Below, in pieces: positions 1-13,452 of a stretch of 64,000 nt of DNA. Below the pieces are notes generated by a model. It worked only from the letters and a program-made list of their open reading frames with translations. It ran no database searches and was not told where the DNA came from. The position numbers were made by a program, and so were the translations under genes. Source of the stretch: a virus. Lineage: Duplodnaviria > Heunggongvirae > Uroviricota > Caudoviricetes. Numbering within the stretch: the first letter of the stretch is position 1; each line of letters begins with the position of its first letter. Where the stretch lies: IMG/VR virus record IMGVR_UViG_2687453424_000001. One strand, 5' to 3'.

Positions 1-285
1 CCTTCTCTGCAGGGCTGCTCTGAATCTCTTCTCTGCCCAACCTGTAGCTGTGCCTGGGATTGCTCCAACCCAGGTGTAGAACCTTGCACATGGCATGGTT
101 AAACTTCATAAGGTTGGCATCAGCCCACCTCACAAGCGTGTCGAGGTCCCTCTGGATGGCATTCCTTCCCTCCAGCATATCAACCGAACCACACAGCTTG
201 GTGTCATCGGCAAACTTGCTGAGGGTGCACTCAAGTCCATGTCACCGACAAAGATGTTGAACAAGACTGTTCCCAACACCGATAT
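1..285 (-). mobile_element. CR1 LINE fragment, ORF2 reverse-transcriptase core; 5'-truncated near 285 and running off the left edge of the window
   Basis: Reverse complement translates, with one frameshift, to [16 protein letters not shown] / [77 protein letters not shown]. This matches the CR1 ORF2 RT blocks as I recall them (LFNIFINDLD, FADDTKL, KFNxxKCKVLHLG). The forward ORF 95..499 in the track partly overlaps it in antisense and is not a gene. Confidence 0.85.
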
Positions 286-3200
286 TCTGTATCTTGAATT
301 CCTAAATAAATGTAATATAGTTGCCCATTCTTTGTTACTGTTTCTGGAGTTTTTGGGCTATGTTTCTCACCTGCTTGGTACTCAGTGGTTTAACTGGTTG
401 CAAATATTCAGGTGTATTTTCTCTATCTGCAGACCACTGAATGTACACAATATTTGTCCTCTGTCAGTTCATAAGTTACCTACCGAATCTTTCAGTTAAT
501 TGAAAAGAAATATTGAAAGCAATAGACACAATTAAACCGTTCTCACAAAGTCCAAGATCAAAGAAGAACTAATATTATGATATTATAATTAAAAATCTGT
601 CCAAATTTGTTATTGTAAACTGTATGAAAGACCTATTTTATCTTTGGGAAGGTAATAATACAAACACTGGAGAATCATCCTTTCAGAGTTAAGGAGAAGG
701 GTTTATCAGTTTAAAAGCTGTGAAATGCTACGTGCTCTTTCTTGAGTGTGAGTGAAAAAGAAAAGCTATCAAGTGTCAGGGCTCAGTCCACCCTCTTTGC
801 TTTCAAGTTTTACTGCCATGTGAAAAATTATGCCCTCAGTTCTTGGCTCTGAAAGCCCAAGCTTTAAAGGGACAGAACAACCCTTTCACCTTGTGTTTGC
901 ATTTCTCCAAATTAAACTAGCTCAAAATGTCAGTCTCTCCAGAATAAGCCAGCCTGTTCCTGGTTCTTAAGAAGACATACTATTTAAAGGATTATCAGTT
1001 CTCCTGAATTCTCAAGGTAATAAAATGTTTCAGGAATTTGATATTTAGCATTTAAGATTTATACAAAAGCCAGCCTTAACTGGCCCCAGAAAACCAACGA
1101 TAATATTGGAAAATTATGCACTCATCACATAGGTTTAAGATATTTTAATTCCTGATTAAATTAAGCAAAATGTTAAAGACAGTTTTTCTGTACACTTTTT
1201 ATTTGTGACATCAAGGATAGATTCAATTATGACTGTTTGTGTATCTGAACTATATATTTCATTTTAAATATTTGATTTTTTTTGAGTGTTGGTTTTGTTT
1301 ATATATTAGATTTTTCTGAGTATATAATACCCAAGCCTCAGATAATTTAATTATCCTGTTGCCACCCGTGAAGGGTAGAAAATTTCCTGACAGAAAACTG
1401 CATTAATGTGGAGTTGGGAATGCTTGCTTTACGTATAAACTGCAAGCAGAATTATATTGTGTTATACTTGTAATGATTTGAAGATGTGAGGTATCTAACT
1501 TCAATGGGGGCTTTATGAAATATTAATTCTGAAGTTCCTCTACACCTCAGTAAGAGGAAACACTACACTGCAGCAGCCTGTTGCTCTGTGTTAGATGTTT
1601 TGTACCACCAGAGGACCACAAAATAATGCCAGTGTATGATGACACCATCTTATTTCAATTTACAGCTGTGTTACTGTCTTTGAGCCTCATCACTTTGTCA
1701 AGAAGGAGCTGATGGAGGAAATGCAGTACTTGAGCCCAGGCACCTCAGTCCTTTAAGGGGCATTCCTGCACTTCGACAGTGCTGGCCAGGCTGGCACTGG
1801 AAGAGCAGTGCCCTGTAGAGCCCTGTCCCTGCTCCCCTCCCAGACCCCTGCAGCACAACACAAGCGTTCTTCAAACTTCACGTGCCGCAACGGAGAGAGT
1901 AGTTGAAAGAACATCCCTGTGGGAGAGGTGTGAATGAGGTTGTCTGACACCATGTGGTTCTGCTTAAACAACCTGAAATACTTGAACTGTTGTAGCATAT
2001 CTGGTCTTGATACAGTGATTTTTTTTAACTTCATTTACGTGGGGTCTAATTTCTTCATATACAGTATCTTATGATTGCAATTAATACAAGTGTGCATTTA
2101 TAACTGCATTCTTACAACAATAAGGGCTCTGCTGTCATATGCTGGTTTTAATTGTATACTATTCAATACATTATTGCTACACTGTTTTGATCTTTTCTAC
2201 CTCTGTGTCTTTTTTTCATGACACCAGCAGGAAGTTAATAGCTTTGGGACATTTACCAGTGTCAGATTTTGCTGAACTGGATCTCTGAGTTCAAATTTGT
2301 TGCTAACAGACAAAAAGTGTTATTATATATGACAGTGTAAGTTTGTCCTGTAAGAAGCCAAAATAAAAATCTATACTGAAAATATATTCAGGCTGTAAAA
2401 AGAGGTGCTTAAAGCAAGGATGCCATGGTACTAAAGTTTTGGGAAATCCACAGAAGGAGCTGGATGTTTTTTTCAGTCATTCAAATCTGACCATCTCTTA
2501 ATGTAATAATAAGATGAAGAACAGTGGATTCCTCTCCAAAAGTGAGTCTTTCAGAAGGATAATGTTATAAAAAAAGCCTTTTCAAATACAGTTCTGTATC
2601 ACTCCTGTGGATACCTTTCCATAACTAACATTCTCAAATGTGTAGAAGGATTCTGAAATCTGATTGCATCTTCCTGCAATTATTTTGTAATATAAACATT
2701 TTAATGAAAAATCACATATTTTGGGAAGAAAATATATATATTTGAAAATATATACTTTTGGAAATTTATTTTATTCTTCGGTGAATAATTTCCTTGTGCA
2801 TTTTAGCAAAGCCCGGAGCATCAGCTGCATAGTCAGAGGTCATGTATTTAGTCGCCTGTATTCAGTAGATTGTTCTATTTTTGCTAAATCTTAAGTGAAA
2901 ATGGGGAAGCATAAAATGAAAAATATTGCTTTCTTTTCACTTTTCGCCTTGCATGGATTTCACCCCCTTTGAAGAGGCCAAATCTTCCCCTGGGAGACTC
3001 AGCATGAGAAATACTATTTATTAGCTACAGCCTTCTGTCTTTTACATATGGTGTAAAAAAAAAATTTATTTTTGTATTTATTTTTACAGTTTTAGGAAAG
3101 ACTTTAACTGCAAATTAACCTGTTGTTAGCTGCAGAATGGATTTTTCTGTTTAACTGTAGTTACATTGAAATTTGTTTTATTTTGATACAGCATTTCTCC

Positions 3201-4053
3201 CAGTGTTAGACTCTATCCCTAACACTGTAAACACTTGGCCCATATTTGATTTCAAGTATGTTAGTCTCATGGTTTTGAGGTGGTGCATAAACTGAAGCAT
3301 AAGCAGAAGTGTTTGCACTTTTGGCTTTAAATGATTTTTTGACAATAGTCTAAAATCTTCCTTCATTTTGTTTTGCCTGCATTTTGTTTGATTCATGTTT
3401 CACTGAGTCCAAAGACTGCAAAGCATGAAGCAGAGACAGATGTTGGGATTAAACTTTGCAGCTGCAGTGGAAAGTTAGACACATTTTGCTTAGTCTTGCT
3501 GTGAGTTTCTTTACTGTCCTTGGATGTTAAGGTTTCTGGAGGAAATTTTAAAGAAAATTAAGCCTATGGCCATGAATAGGGATGATATGTGCTTTCAGAG
3601 CTTCTAGGGCGGTTGGAGGACCTCTAGGGAGACTGTGAAACACTTTCTAACCTGACTTCTGTATCTAAAGGTACCTACAGGAGGCTTTGACCTCTATCAA
3701 AAGCTCTGTCAGCTCTTAAGGAGCTCTGTCAGCTGTCCATGACTGGGGTGTTTTGGGGGTTTTGTTCCAGCTGCCTCCTGATTTGGGAGGATGGAGCACG
3801 CTTGCAGCCAGTGCTGGGGAGTGGCCAATATAAAAGCCTTGACTTGACCACCCTTCCTAGCACCCAGCTAACAGATGCAGCAGTGTGCAGGAGGGGGCTT
3901 GTAACTATGACTATGCTCAGTGGTGGTGATGCACTGCATGGCAGGACCTCCAGCACCCACAGTACCCTGGCACAGCAGAGGCTTTGTCCCAGACAGCTCT
4001 GGAGGGAGACACAGCCCTGCACTTCTGGGGCTGTGAGGATGCATGGTCCCTTG

Positions 4054-7000
4054 NNNNNNNNNNNNNNNNNNNNNNNNNNNNNNNNNNNNNNNNNNNNNNN
4101 NNNNNNNNNNNNNNNNNNNNNNNNNNNNNNNNNNNNNNNNNNNNNNNNNNNNNNNNNNNNNNNNNNNNNNNNNNNNNNNNNNNNNNNNNNNNNNNNNNNN
4201 NNNNNNNNNNNNNNNNNNNNNNNNNNNNNNNNNNNNNNNNNNNNNNNNNNNNNNNNNNNNNNNNNNNNNNNNNNNNNNNNNNNNNNNNNNNNNNNNNNNN
4301 NNNNNNNNNNNNNNNNNNNNNNNNNNNNNNNNNNNNNNNNNNNNNNNNNNNNNNNNNNNNNNNNNNNNNNNNNNNNNNNNNNNNNNNNNNNNNNNNNNNN
4401 NNNNNNNNNNNNNNNNNNNNNNNNNNNNNNNNNNNNNNNNNNNNNNNNNNNNNNNNNNNNNNNNNNNNNNNNNNNNNNNNNNNNNNNNNNNNNNNNNNNN
4501 NNNNNNNNNNNNNNNNNNNNNNNNNNNNNNNNNNNNNNNNNNNNNNNNNNNNNNNNNNNNNNNNNNNNNNNNNNNNNNNNNNNNNNNNNNNNNNNNNNNN
4601 NNNNNNNNNNNNNNNNNNNNNNNNNNNNNNNNNNNNNNNNNNNNNNNNNNNNNNNNNNNNNNNNNNNNNNNNNNNNNNNNNNNNNNNNNNNNNNNNNNNN
4701 NNNNNNNNNNNNNNNNNNNNNNNNNNNNNNNNNNNNNNNNNNNNNNNNNNNNNNNNNNNNNNNNNNNNNNNNNNNNNNNNNNNNNNNNNNNNNNNNNNNN
4801 NNNNNNNNNNNNNNNNNNNNNNNNNNNNNNNNNNNNNNNNNNNNNNNNNNNNNNNNNNNNNNNNNNNNNNNNNNNNNNNNNNNNNNNNNNNNNNNNNNNN
4901 NNNNNNNNNNNNNNNNNNNNNNNNNNNNNNNNNNNNNNNNNNNNNNNNNNNNNNNNNNNNNNNNNNNNNNNNNNNNNNNNNNNNNNNNNNNNNNNNNNNN
5001 NNNNNNNNNNNNNNNNNNNNNNNNNNNNNNNNNNNNNNNNNNNNNNNNNNNNNNNNNNNNNNNNNNNNNNNNNNNNNNNNNNNNNNNNNNNNNNNNNNNN
5101 NNNNNNNNNNNNNNNNNNNNNNNNNNNNNNNNNNNNNNNNNNNNNNNNNNNNNNNNNNNNNNNNNNNNNNNNNNNNNNNNNNNNNNNNNNNNNNNNNNNN
5201 NNNNNNNNNNNNNNNNNNNNNNNNNNNNNNNNNNNNNNNNNNNNNNNNNNNNNNNNNNNNNNNNNNNNNNNNNNNNNNNNNNNNNNNNNNNNNNNNNNNN
5301 NNNNNNNNNNNNNNNNNNNNNNNNNNNNNNNNNNNNNNNNNNNNNNNNNNNNNNNNNNNNNNNNNNNNNNNNNNNNNNNNNNNNNNNNNNNNNNNNNNNN
5401 NNNNNNNNNNNNNNNNNNNNNNNNNNNNNNNNNNNNNNNNNNNNNNNNNNNNNNNNNNNNNNNNNNNNNNNNNNNNNNNNNNNNNNNNNNNNNNNNNNNN
5501 NNNNNNNNNNNNNNNNNNNNNNNNNNNNNNNNNNNNNNNNNNNNNNNNNNNNNNNNNNNNNNNNNNNNNNNNNNNNNNNNNNNNNNNNNNNNNNNNNNNN
5601 NNNNNNNNNNNNNNNNNNNNNNNNNNNNNNNNNNNNNNNNNNNNNNNNNNNNNNNNNNNNNNNNNNNNNNNNNNNNNNNNNNNNNNNNNNNNNNNNNNNN
5701 NNNNNNNNNNNNNNNNNNNNNNNNNNNNNNNNNNNNNNNNNNNNNNNNNNNNNNNNNNNNNNNNNNNNNNNNNNNNNNNNNNNNNNNNNNNNNNNNNNNN
5801 NNNNNNNNNNNNNNNNNNNNNNNNNNNNNNNNNNNNNNNNNNNNNNNNNNNNNNNNNNNNNNNNNNNNNNNNNNNNNNNNNNNNNNNNNNNNNNNNNNNN
5901 NNNNNNNNNNNNNNNNNNNNNNNNNNNNNNNNNNNNNNNNNNNNNNNNNNNNNNNNNNNNNNNNNNNNNNNNNNNNNNNNNNNNNNNNNNNNNNNNNNNN
6001 NNNNNNNNNNNNNNNNNNNNNNNNNNNNNNNNNNNNNNNNNNNNNNNNNNNNNNNNNNNNNNNNNNNNNNNNNNNNNNNNNNNNNNNNNNNNNNNNNNNN
6101 NNNNNNNNNNNNNNNNNNNNNNNNNNNNNNNNNNNNNNNNNNNNNNNNNNNNNNNNNNNNNNNNNNNNNNNNNNNNNNNNNNNNNNNNNNNNNNNNNNNN
6201 NNNNNNNNNNNNNNNNNNNNNNNNNNNNNNNNNNNNNNNNNNNNNNNNNNNNNNNNNNNNNNNNNNNNNNNNNNNNNNNNNNNNNNNNNNNNNNNNNNNN
6301 NNNNNNNNNNNNNNNNNNNNNNNNNNNNNNNNNNNNNNNNNNNNNNNNNNNNNNNNNNNNNNNNNNNNNNNNNNNNNNNNNNNNNNNNNNNNNNNNNNNN
6401 NNNNNNNNNNNNNNNNNNNNNNNNNNNNNNNNNNNNNNNNNNNNNNNNNNNNNNNNNNNNNNNNNNNNNNNNNNNNNNNNNNNNNNNNNNNNNNNNNNNN
6501 NNNNNNNNNNNNNNNNNNNNNNNNNNNNNNNNNNNNNNNNNNNNNNNNNNNNNNNNNNNNNNNNNNNNNNNNNNNNNNNNNNNNNNNNNNNNNNNNNNNN
6601 NNNNNNNNNNNNNNNNNNNNNNNNNNNNNNNNNNNNNNNNNNNNNNNNNNNNNNNNNNNNNNNNNNNNNNNNNNNNNNNNNNNNNNNNNNNNNNNNNNNN
6701 NNNNNNNNNNNNNNNNNNNNNNNNNNNNNNNNNNNNNNNNNNNNNNNNNNNNNNNNNNNNNNNNNNNNNNNNNNNNNNNNNNNNNNNNNNNNNNNNNNNN
6801 NNNNNNNNNNNNNNNNNNNNNNNNNNNNNNNNNNNNNNNNNNNNNNNNNNNNNNNNNNNNNNNNNNNNNNNNNNNNNNNNNNNNNNNNNNNNNNNNNNNN
6901 NNNNNNNNNNNNNNNNNNNNNNNNNNNNNNNNNNNNNNNNNNNNNNNNNNNNNNNNNNNNNNNNNNNNNNNNNNNNNNNNNNNNNNNNNNNNNNNNNNNN

Positions 7001-8154
7001 NNNNNNNNNNNNNNNNNNNNNNNNNNNNNNNNNNNNNNNNNNNNNNNNNNNNNNNNNNNNNNNNNNNNNNNNNNNNNNNNNNNNNNNNNNNNNNNNNNNN
7101 NNNNNNNNNNNNNNNNNNNNNNNNNNNNNNNNNNNNNNNNNNNNNNNNNNNNNNNNNNNNNNNNNNNNNNNNNNNNNNNNNNNNNNNNNNNNNNNNNNNN
7201 NNNNNNNNNNNNNNNNNNNNNNNNNNNNNNNNNNNNNNNNNNNNNNNNNNNNNNNNNNNNNNNNNNNNNNNNNNNNNNNNNNNNNNNNNNNNNNNNNNNN
7301 NNNNNNNNNNNNNNNNNNNNNNNNNNNNNNNNNNNNNNNNNNNNNNNNNNNNNNNNNNNNNNNNNNNNNNNNNNNNNNNNNNNNNNNNNNNNNNNNNNNN
7401 NNNNNNNNNNNNNNNNNNNNNNNNNNNNNNNNNNNNNNNNNNNNNNNNNNNNNNNNNNNNNNNNNNNNNNNNNNNNNNNNNNNNNNNNNNNNNNNNNNNN
7501 NNNNNNNNNNNNNNNNNNNNNNNNNNNNNNNNNNNNNNNNNNNNNNNNNNNNNNNNNNNNNNNNNNNNNNNNNNNNNNNNNNNNNNNNNNNNNNNNNNNN
7601 NNNNNNNNNNNNNNNNNNNNNNNNNNNNNNNNNNNNNNNNNNNNNNNNNNNNNNNNNNNNNNNNNNNNNNNNNNNNNNNNNNNNNNNNNNNNNNNNNNNN
7701 NNNNNNNNNNNNNNNNNNNNNNNNNNNNNNNNNNNNNNNNNNNNNNNNNNNNNNNNNNNNNNNNNNNNNNNNNNNNNNNNNNNNNNNNNNNNNNNNNNNN
7801 NNNNNNNNNNNNNNNNNNNNNNNNNNNNNNNNNNNNNNNNNNNNNNNNNNNNNNNNNNNNNNNNNNNNNNNNNNNNNNNNNNNNNNNNNNNNNNNNNNNN
7901 NNNNNNNNNNNNNNNNNNNNNNNNNNNNNNNNNNNNNNNNNNNNNNNNNNNNNNNNNNNNNNNNNNNNNNNNNNNNNNNNNNNNNNNNNNNNNNNNNNNN
8001 NNNNNNNNNNNNNNNNNNNNNNNNNNNNNNNNNNNNNNNNNNNNNNNNNNNNNNNNNNNNNNNNNNNNNNNNNNNNNNNNNNNNNNNNNNNNNNNNNNNN
8101 NNNNNNNNNNNNNNNNNNNNNNNNNNNNNNNNNNNNNNNNNNNNNNNNNNNNNN
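4054..8154. other. Assembly gap (4101 N)
   Basis: Uninterrupted run of n. The ORFs 3739..8223, 3984..8204 and 4043..8287 are artefacts of translating N as X. Confidence 0.99.
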
Positions 8155-9345
8155 TGCAGGTCCCTTGGGCTGGGCTGGGGAGATGGGGCCCTTGCCTGCA
8201 GTAAGTGTGTTCTGTGGAGGTAGGCTGTGTTGCCGAGTATGGAGCTACAGGAGGGCAGCAGTCTGTGTGGCAGTGAGGATACTGTAAAGGAGATTGACTG
8301 GATCTTCTGTGAGGCTCTGCAGGTTCAAAAGCTTGACCCCTCCCAGATGTACTGAAGGGGAGCTATGCAGAGCCTGTGCTTATGTTGGGAAATGAAGACT
8401 CCCCTGATGGTGAAGTCCGGGAGCTTATGTCTTCTGGCAACAAGGCAGTTCCTATCTACCTGTGGATCCATGTCTACAGAGCAGATTCAGTGTCCTGGTT
8501 GCAGATGAGGGGCTGAGACCTGTATGGCATCAGGAAGAAGTAGCAGGGGATAGTAGTGAGTGATTCCCTGCTGTGCATGGTGGAGGCCCATGTTGGCTGA
8601 CTTGATCTGCTCTCTGTGAAATTTTGCTCCTTGCCTGGGGCTCAGATCCAGGATGTTGTGTGGAGACTGCAGAGGCTGGTTCAGCCTTTGGATTATATTC
8701 CCTGCTCGTCCAATGATGGTGCTAGAAGAGACCTGGAGTGTATAAAGCATGACCACATGGCTGAGGGGTGGTTTTCAAGGGCATAAGAGCCAAAGTGGTC
8801 TCTCCTTGATCCAGCTGGGGAGGGACAAGGGCTTCAGGAGATCCTGAAAGTTAACAACTGGCTGCACAACCACTGTTGGTGACACTTGGGGTTTACAGGA
8901 CTGTACTTGAGGATCAAGGGCTGCTAGTAAGAGACAGGACTGATAATCTTACATTATGGTGGCTGAGGGAGGCTTCTGGGGACTTAAAGAAAGTAAATGT
9001 CATTTATTCAAGACGGGCAACAAGGAGGATCTGGGACTCTTGTAAGCCGGTCAGCCGCACTTGACCTCTGGGAAGCTGATGGAGCAGATAATCCTGGAAG
9101 CCATTTTCAAGCATATGAAAGACAGGAAAGTGATTGGGAGTAGTGAGCATGGATTTATGAAGGGCAAATCATGCTTAACCAACTTGATAGCCTTCGGTGA
9201 TGAGGTGACTGGTTTGATGGATGAGGGAAGAGTAGTGGATGTTTTTTTATTGTGGCTTCAACTCGACTTTTATCATCCCCATAGACAAGCTGTTGAAGTA
9301 CAGGCTAGATAAATGGACAGTGTTTCTATGTACTTACAGATAGTT
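8155..9345 (+). mobile_element. CR1 LINE ORF2 remnant (linker plus N-terminal RT region), frameshifted and ending abruptly on its 3' side
   Basis: Plus-strand translation from 9061 gives LTSGKLMEQIILEAIFKHMKDRKVIGSSEHGFMKGKSCLTNLIAFGDEVTGLMDEGRVVDVF, matching the CR1 RT N-terminal block (SLTSVPGKxMEQ ... SQHGFxKGKSCLTNLIAFYDEVTxLVDEGRxVDVVYLDFSKAFD). Upstream, 8930-9060 gives frameshifted WLREASGDLKKVNV and FKTGNKED..HLTSGKL, resembling CR1 W.SGEVPEDWKKANV ... FKKGKKEDPGNYRPVSLTS. Assignment of 8155-8900 to the same element rests on contiguity only. Confidence 0.7.
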
Positions 9346-12300
9346 GGGTAAATATGAGCAAGTAGAAACACTGAGATACCTTGACAATATTAAAATTATA
9401 TGCATGGAACCTGGATTTTCAGTGATCCTTCTGCACCATCACATATGGCTAGCTTTGCTGTATTAAAAATTTCAGGAATAAGATAGGTCTTGTAGTATTT
9501 TATATGTGTTTTGTGTGTTTTATGTGTATTTTGGAATGACCTGTTTTCCAAAATGTTTCCTGCTCTAAGATGTGCCTGTGGAATGTTGCTGAGTCTGGGC
9601 TCAGGTTCAAATATGGAGCAGATTTCTGCCCTTGCCTGAAGGCATATACATGGTGACATCTGACAGCTTTGCCTACATTACTTGTGCTCTGCATCCTAAA
9701 TTTTTGTGATAAACTGACACTAGCCTTGATACTTCTGACTGTATCTTATTAATACATGACTAGTAGAGGCATGTTTCTTCTTAAAGGTCAGCTGTGGAAA
9801 CAAGTATCTTACTAGGGTGGGACGGTTAAGCAAAAGACCAGGATTTATGGTTTGGTAGACATAGAAATCTTTAGGTTACTTGGAGACGACTCATGGCCAT
9901 ATTCCAAAAAATGTGTTTTGTTCAGTCATAAAGGGTTTCATTGCATTCTCATTGCTGGAGATACGGTGTCATTCTGGAAGTCATTGAGTGTGTTTACAAG
10001 CAAGATAGCAATTTTTACTTTTCTCCAAAGGCATGGGAGTTTTCCATTAGTTTTATCCTTTTGTTGAAACTAGTTTGATATTTACATTAGTGGTACTTAA
10101 AACACTTATTTAGTTGATGCAATGAATTCAGCCAGTTGAAGTACTTCAGCACATAAAGTACTAATTCACACTCTACCATTAGTTTGTCTTTCTGTTTCTT
10201 ACAATTGAAAGTTGAAATCTACTGAGTTCTGTGGTTCTGAATTATAAAATAAGTTTCTTTTTGGCCCAGTGTTGCTCATTTAAATGAAGCTATCATCAGC
10301 TGCAATAGGGAGCTCCGCCTCTTGCAACATGTTGACAAAGGCCAACAAAGATAAATCTTTTTGTTTGTCACAAAACATGGATCTTTCTTTTCTCTTACAT
10401 TTTCATGACCATAGTTGCTTTTTTTCTTGCCTGCATTTGTTCCCTCAAGTAATTGTTGTGGGCTGTTTGCTGAATTCTTTGGAGAGAACATAGAGAGTCT
10501 CAAGTGGCCTCATGGAATCTGTTGAATGTGAGAACTGCAAGATCTCCAACAATTCCCATCTTAGTTGGACTGGACAGAATTGTGATACCAGTTTTGAGGG
10601 TGGTGCCTGCAGGGTTTGTGGTTTCAGCTTGTTACTTGAAATCATAAAAGGTTTCATTGTTAGAGACTACATTTTGACATTTTAACATTATTTTACTTAG
10701 CAATAAGAGTAAGTCTAGGCTGTTTTCTCAAAAATGTTCTGATGAGTTGAATGCTTTTTAGCTAACTTGAGTCACTTGTCCTCCTACCTGCATTGAAGTT
10801 TAGGTTCTTGAGAATATACTGGATTTTCAAAACTAGGCCTTCATATGGATTCTGCTCCTTTTGGGGTCACAAATGATTTTATATTGCTTTTGATTTGGTT
10901 TAATGAATCATTTTGGTGATTTGGTGTTTCTGTGTTTTTAACATGACTAAGCACAGAAAGTTGTTTTGACAACATAAAGAGGTTGCCTGCCTATGTTCCA
11001 GGGTCCACTTACTAGTCAGTTGATAACAATGGATAATATCATCAGCAGCTGTGAAGTGTCCTACCCACTTGTGGATTTTATTATTTACAGTAGGTGGCAT
11101 CGGCAATAATATTTACATGAGTTCCAGTTCTGAATTTACTGTTATGGAAAATACTGAAATCTTCCCTATATCAAGCTGCCTACAAGTGTCAAAGTATGGT
11201 ACAGAACAATTCCTTTCAGTTGCCATTGTGCACCTGCAACATTCAGAAGAAATAACAGACTGACTGTTCAGTTTACTTTACATTGCTGATGCCAGGCTGG
11301 ACTATTGAATTCTTTGCTTGCATTTGAATCACTCTCAGCTTTGTGTGTATGTGTGTGGGGAAATCCAGCTCCAGTTTGCACATTTGGTAAAAGCAGCAGG
11401 GCTTCTTTCATCCAAATCTGTGCTTTGCCTTTCTTATGCCTTTGCATAGGATACCTCACTTAAGCCTGCTTTTTCAGCCTGGTCACTTGCCAATGCAAAA
11501 GGACCCAGATTTATGCTTGAACTGCTTGTCTGGTACTAATCTTTTTAAAGTTTAGTGCCTTGTGAGCAAACCTCAAAATTGTGGGTGTCTCATACATATA
11601 AACAGCCAGAAAGTTTGATGCGCTAGCCAGGCTTTGAAGACTTTTTTTGATCTCTCCAACATGCCCTTCATGTTTTTGTAGCATTCCCAAATCCTTTAGT
11701 GACTTTGGTCCTGATTTTTTTTCTTCTTCCTTTTTACAGGTCATTTCTTCCTTTCCTCCAAGAGCAACCAGCTTTGATCATCATCTGGTCACACAATTGC
11801 TCCCTGCCTTTGTTGGAGGCAAGATGTTCAGGGATCTCTTGTTTTTCTCTCTGGAGAAGAGAAAACATCAGAGGCTGAACATTCTGTAGTAAGCAAAGAT
11901 GGCAGTTAACCTGAAGGTCTCCAGCAACCCTAACAGCCAGCATGCCAGCTGTTGCAATGATGTGTAGCCTTTGATCATCCTTTATTTATATTCTTCTTTA
12001 ATTGGTTTTTGAGTACATATAGTTTTGGAAAGACTGAAATTTATCAGTCTGAGTCATGGTGGAGAATGTCTTACTGAGTGGATGATTAGACTAATTTTAG
12101 ACTCTGTCTCTTGGGTATATTTAGAAACAATTTTGAGACTGGATTCTGTGACTTATGGTATGGAAGATAGCAGCCAGAGGATCATTCAGTGGCCTTTATT
12201 AATCAGAATGTCAAGCTAGATTACCTAAGAATTCTTTCTGCATTTAAAATGAAAGAAAAGAGTAACCTCTATTCCCAAAGAAATGTAAAAGCTTTTTTTC

Positions 12301-12959
12301 TGGACACATCTTAAACCATTCTGGGCCAGTCCATAGTTCTGCAATGCCATTACAGTGAAAGATGCTGGTGTGGTCTGAGACAGTAAAATTTGACCTTCCA
12401 TTCATGGCTTTATAACTCAATTTTAATTGAGTCTCCACTCTCTGTGTATGATCTCTGTCATGTCTAATGTATAAATGCTACATATGTTACATTGGTATTA
12501 TAGAACTCACATAATTCTTGTTAGATTTTTAAGCTAACCTCTTGCAATAATGCTCATTTTATGTCAACAGGGCAAAGGATTTAATAAGAAATTCTGGCAC
12601 TTTGAGTAATGCGTTTTTTTCATTTCTTCCACTAATTTAATGAAGACAACCACTGCAGCCTTTTAAAAAACATGCTCAGCCTTAGGTGACCTTACAGGTA
12701 TGAGTACGCTGTCAAGTATGAAACTAGAAAGGGGAAAAGAGTTTTCATATTTGGCTTGCAAATCAGAAATTCTGAACAGTGCTTTGAATAATTACAGAGA
12801 ATACAACAAAGAAACAGATAGGGAAGATAGATTAGGATCTATTCAAAATTATGTCCAGATTTTTTTGTTGGAAGCTGTAGAGAACTGGCATTGCAGAGAA
12901 GTCTAATGTAGCTGGAGAAGACAGTCATTTGAAGCAGGTGGAGAAGAGCTGTAAGCCCA

Positions 12960-13170
12960 GTTCCTACCCAGCACCTGCAGTCATGGTTGTTGGTGATGGC
13001 AGTTAAGTTAGACAGGTTCCTTTGAATGTCTGGAGACATTCAAGGCCAGGTTGGACAGCGCTATGAGCAACCTGATCTAGTTGAAGATGTCCCAGCTCAT
13101 GACAGGACGGCTGGACTAGATGACCTTTAAAGGTCCCTTCCAACCTGAACTGTTCTATGATTCTATGAAT
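12960..13170 (+). mobile_element. CR1 LINE 3'-terminal fragment
   Basis: ggagacattcaaggccaggttggacag...gagcaacctgatctagttgaagatgtccc...ggactagatgacctttaaaggtcccttccaacc...ttctatgattctatgaat is the canonical avian CR1 3' end, finishing with the ATTCTATG octamer repeats. The start is uncertain. Confidence 0.85.
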
Positions 13171-13452
13171 TTCAGCAGTCTTTTGCCCAGCAAAAGTCAA
13201 ATCTCAAGAGTGTAGGCTTACGGTAGGTTTATGATCCAGTTTGCTGAAAAGCATTCTGTAGAGCAGAGCACTACGTTTGAATGCAGGAATGGGGAGTAAA
13301 GCTAATGGGCCCGCAGTGATGGATAACAATCTGCCAAATGTACATATATGTGTATATGGAACAGATATTAAATTATAAAATTTCTTTAAATGTCCAATCC
13401 TCTGAAGCTGTGGCTTGGGTGTCAGGATGAAATTTTTGAGTCTTACTGTAAG

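Noticed and set aside
95-499. 134-aa plus-strand ORF at the left edge
   Set aside because: Its first part is antisense to the CR1 RT fragment at 1-285 and the rest is AT-rich filler; no recognisable protein.
3739-8287. Three very long plus-strand ORFs (1406-1494 aa) in the ORF track
   Set aside because: They consist almost entirely of X from translating the N-run gap 4054-8154; not real coding sequence.
8546-8730. GDS and SND motifs about 57 codons apart, reminiscent of SGNH-esterase blocks I and III (esterase domains occur in ORF1 of some CR1-clade LINEs)
   Set aside because: The two motifs are in frames interrupted by stops, no downstream DxxH block is present, and the position (about 450 bp upstream of RT motif 0) fits the ORF2 linker rather than ORF1. 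Most likely coincidence.
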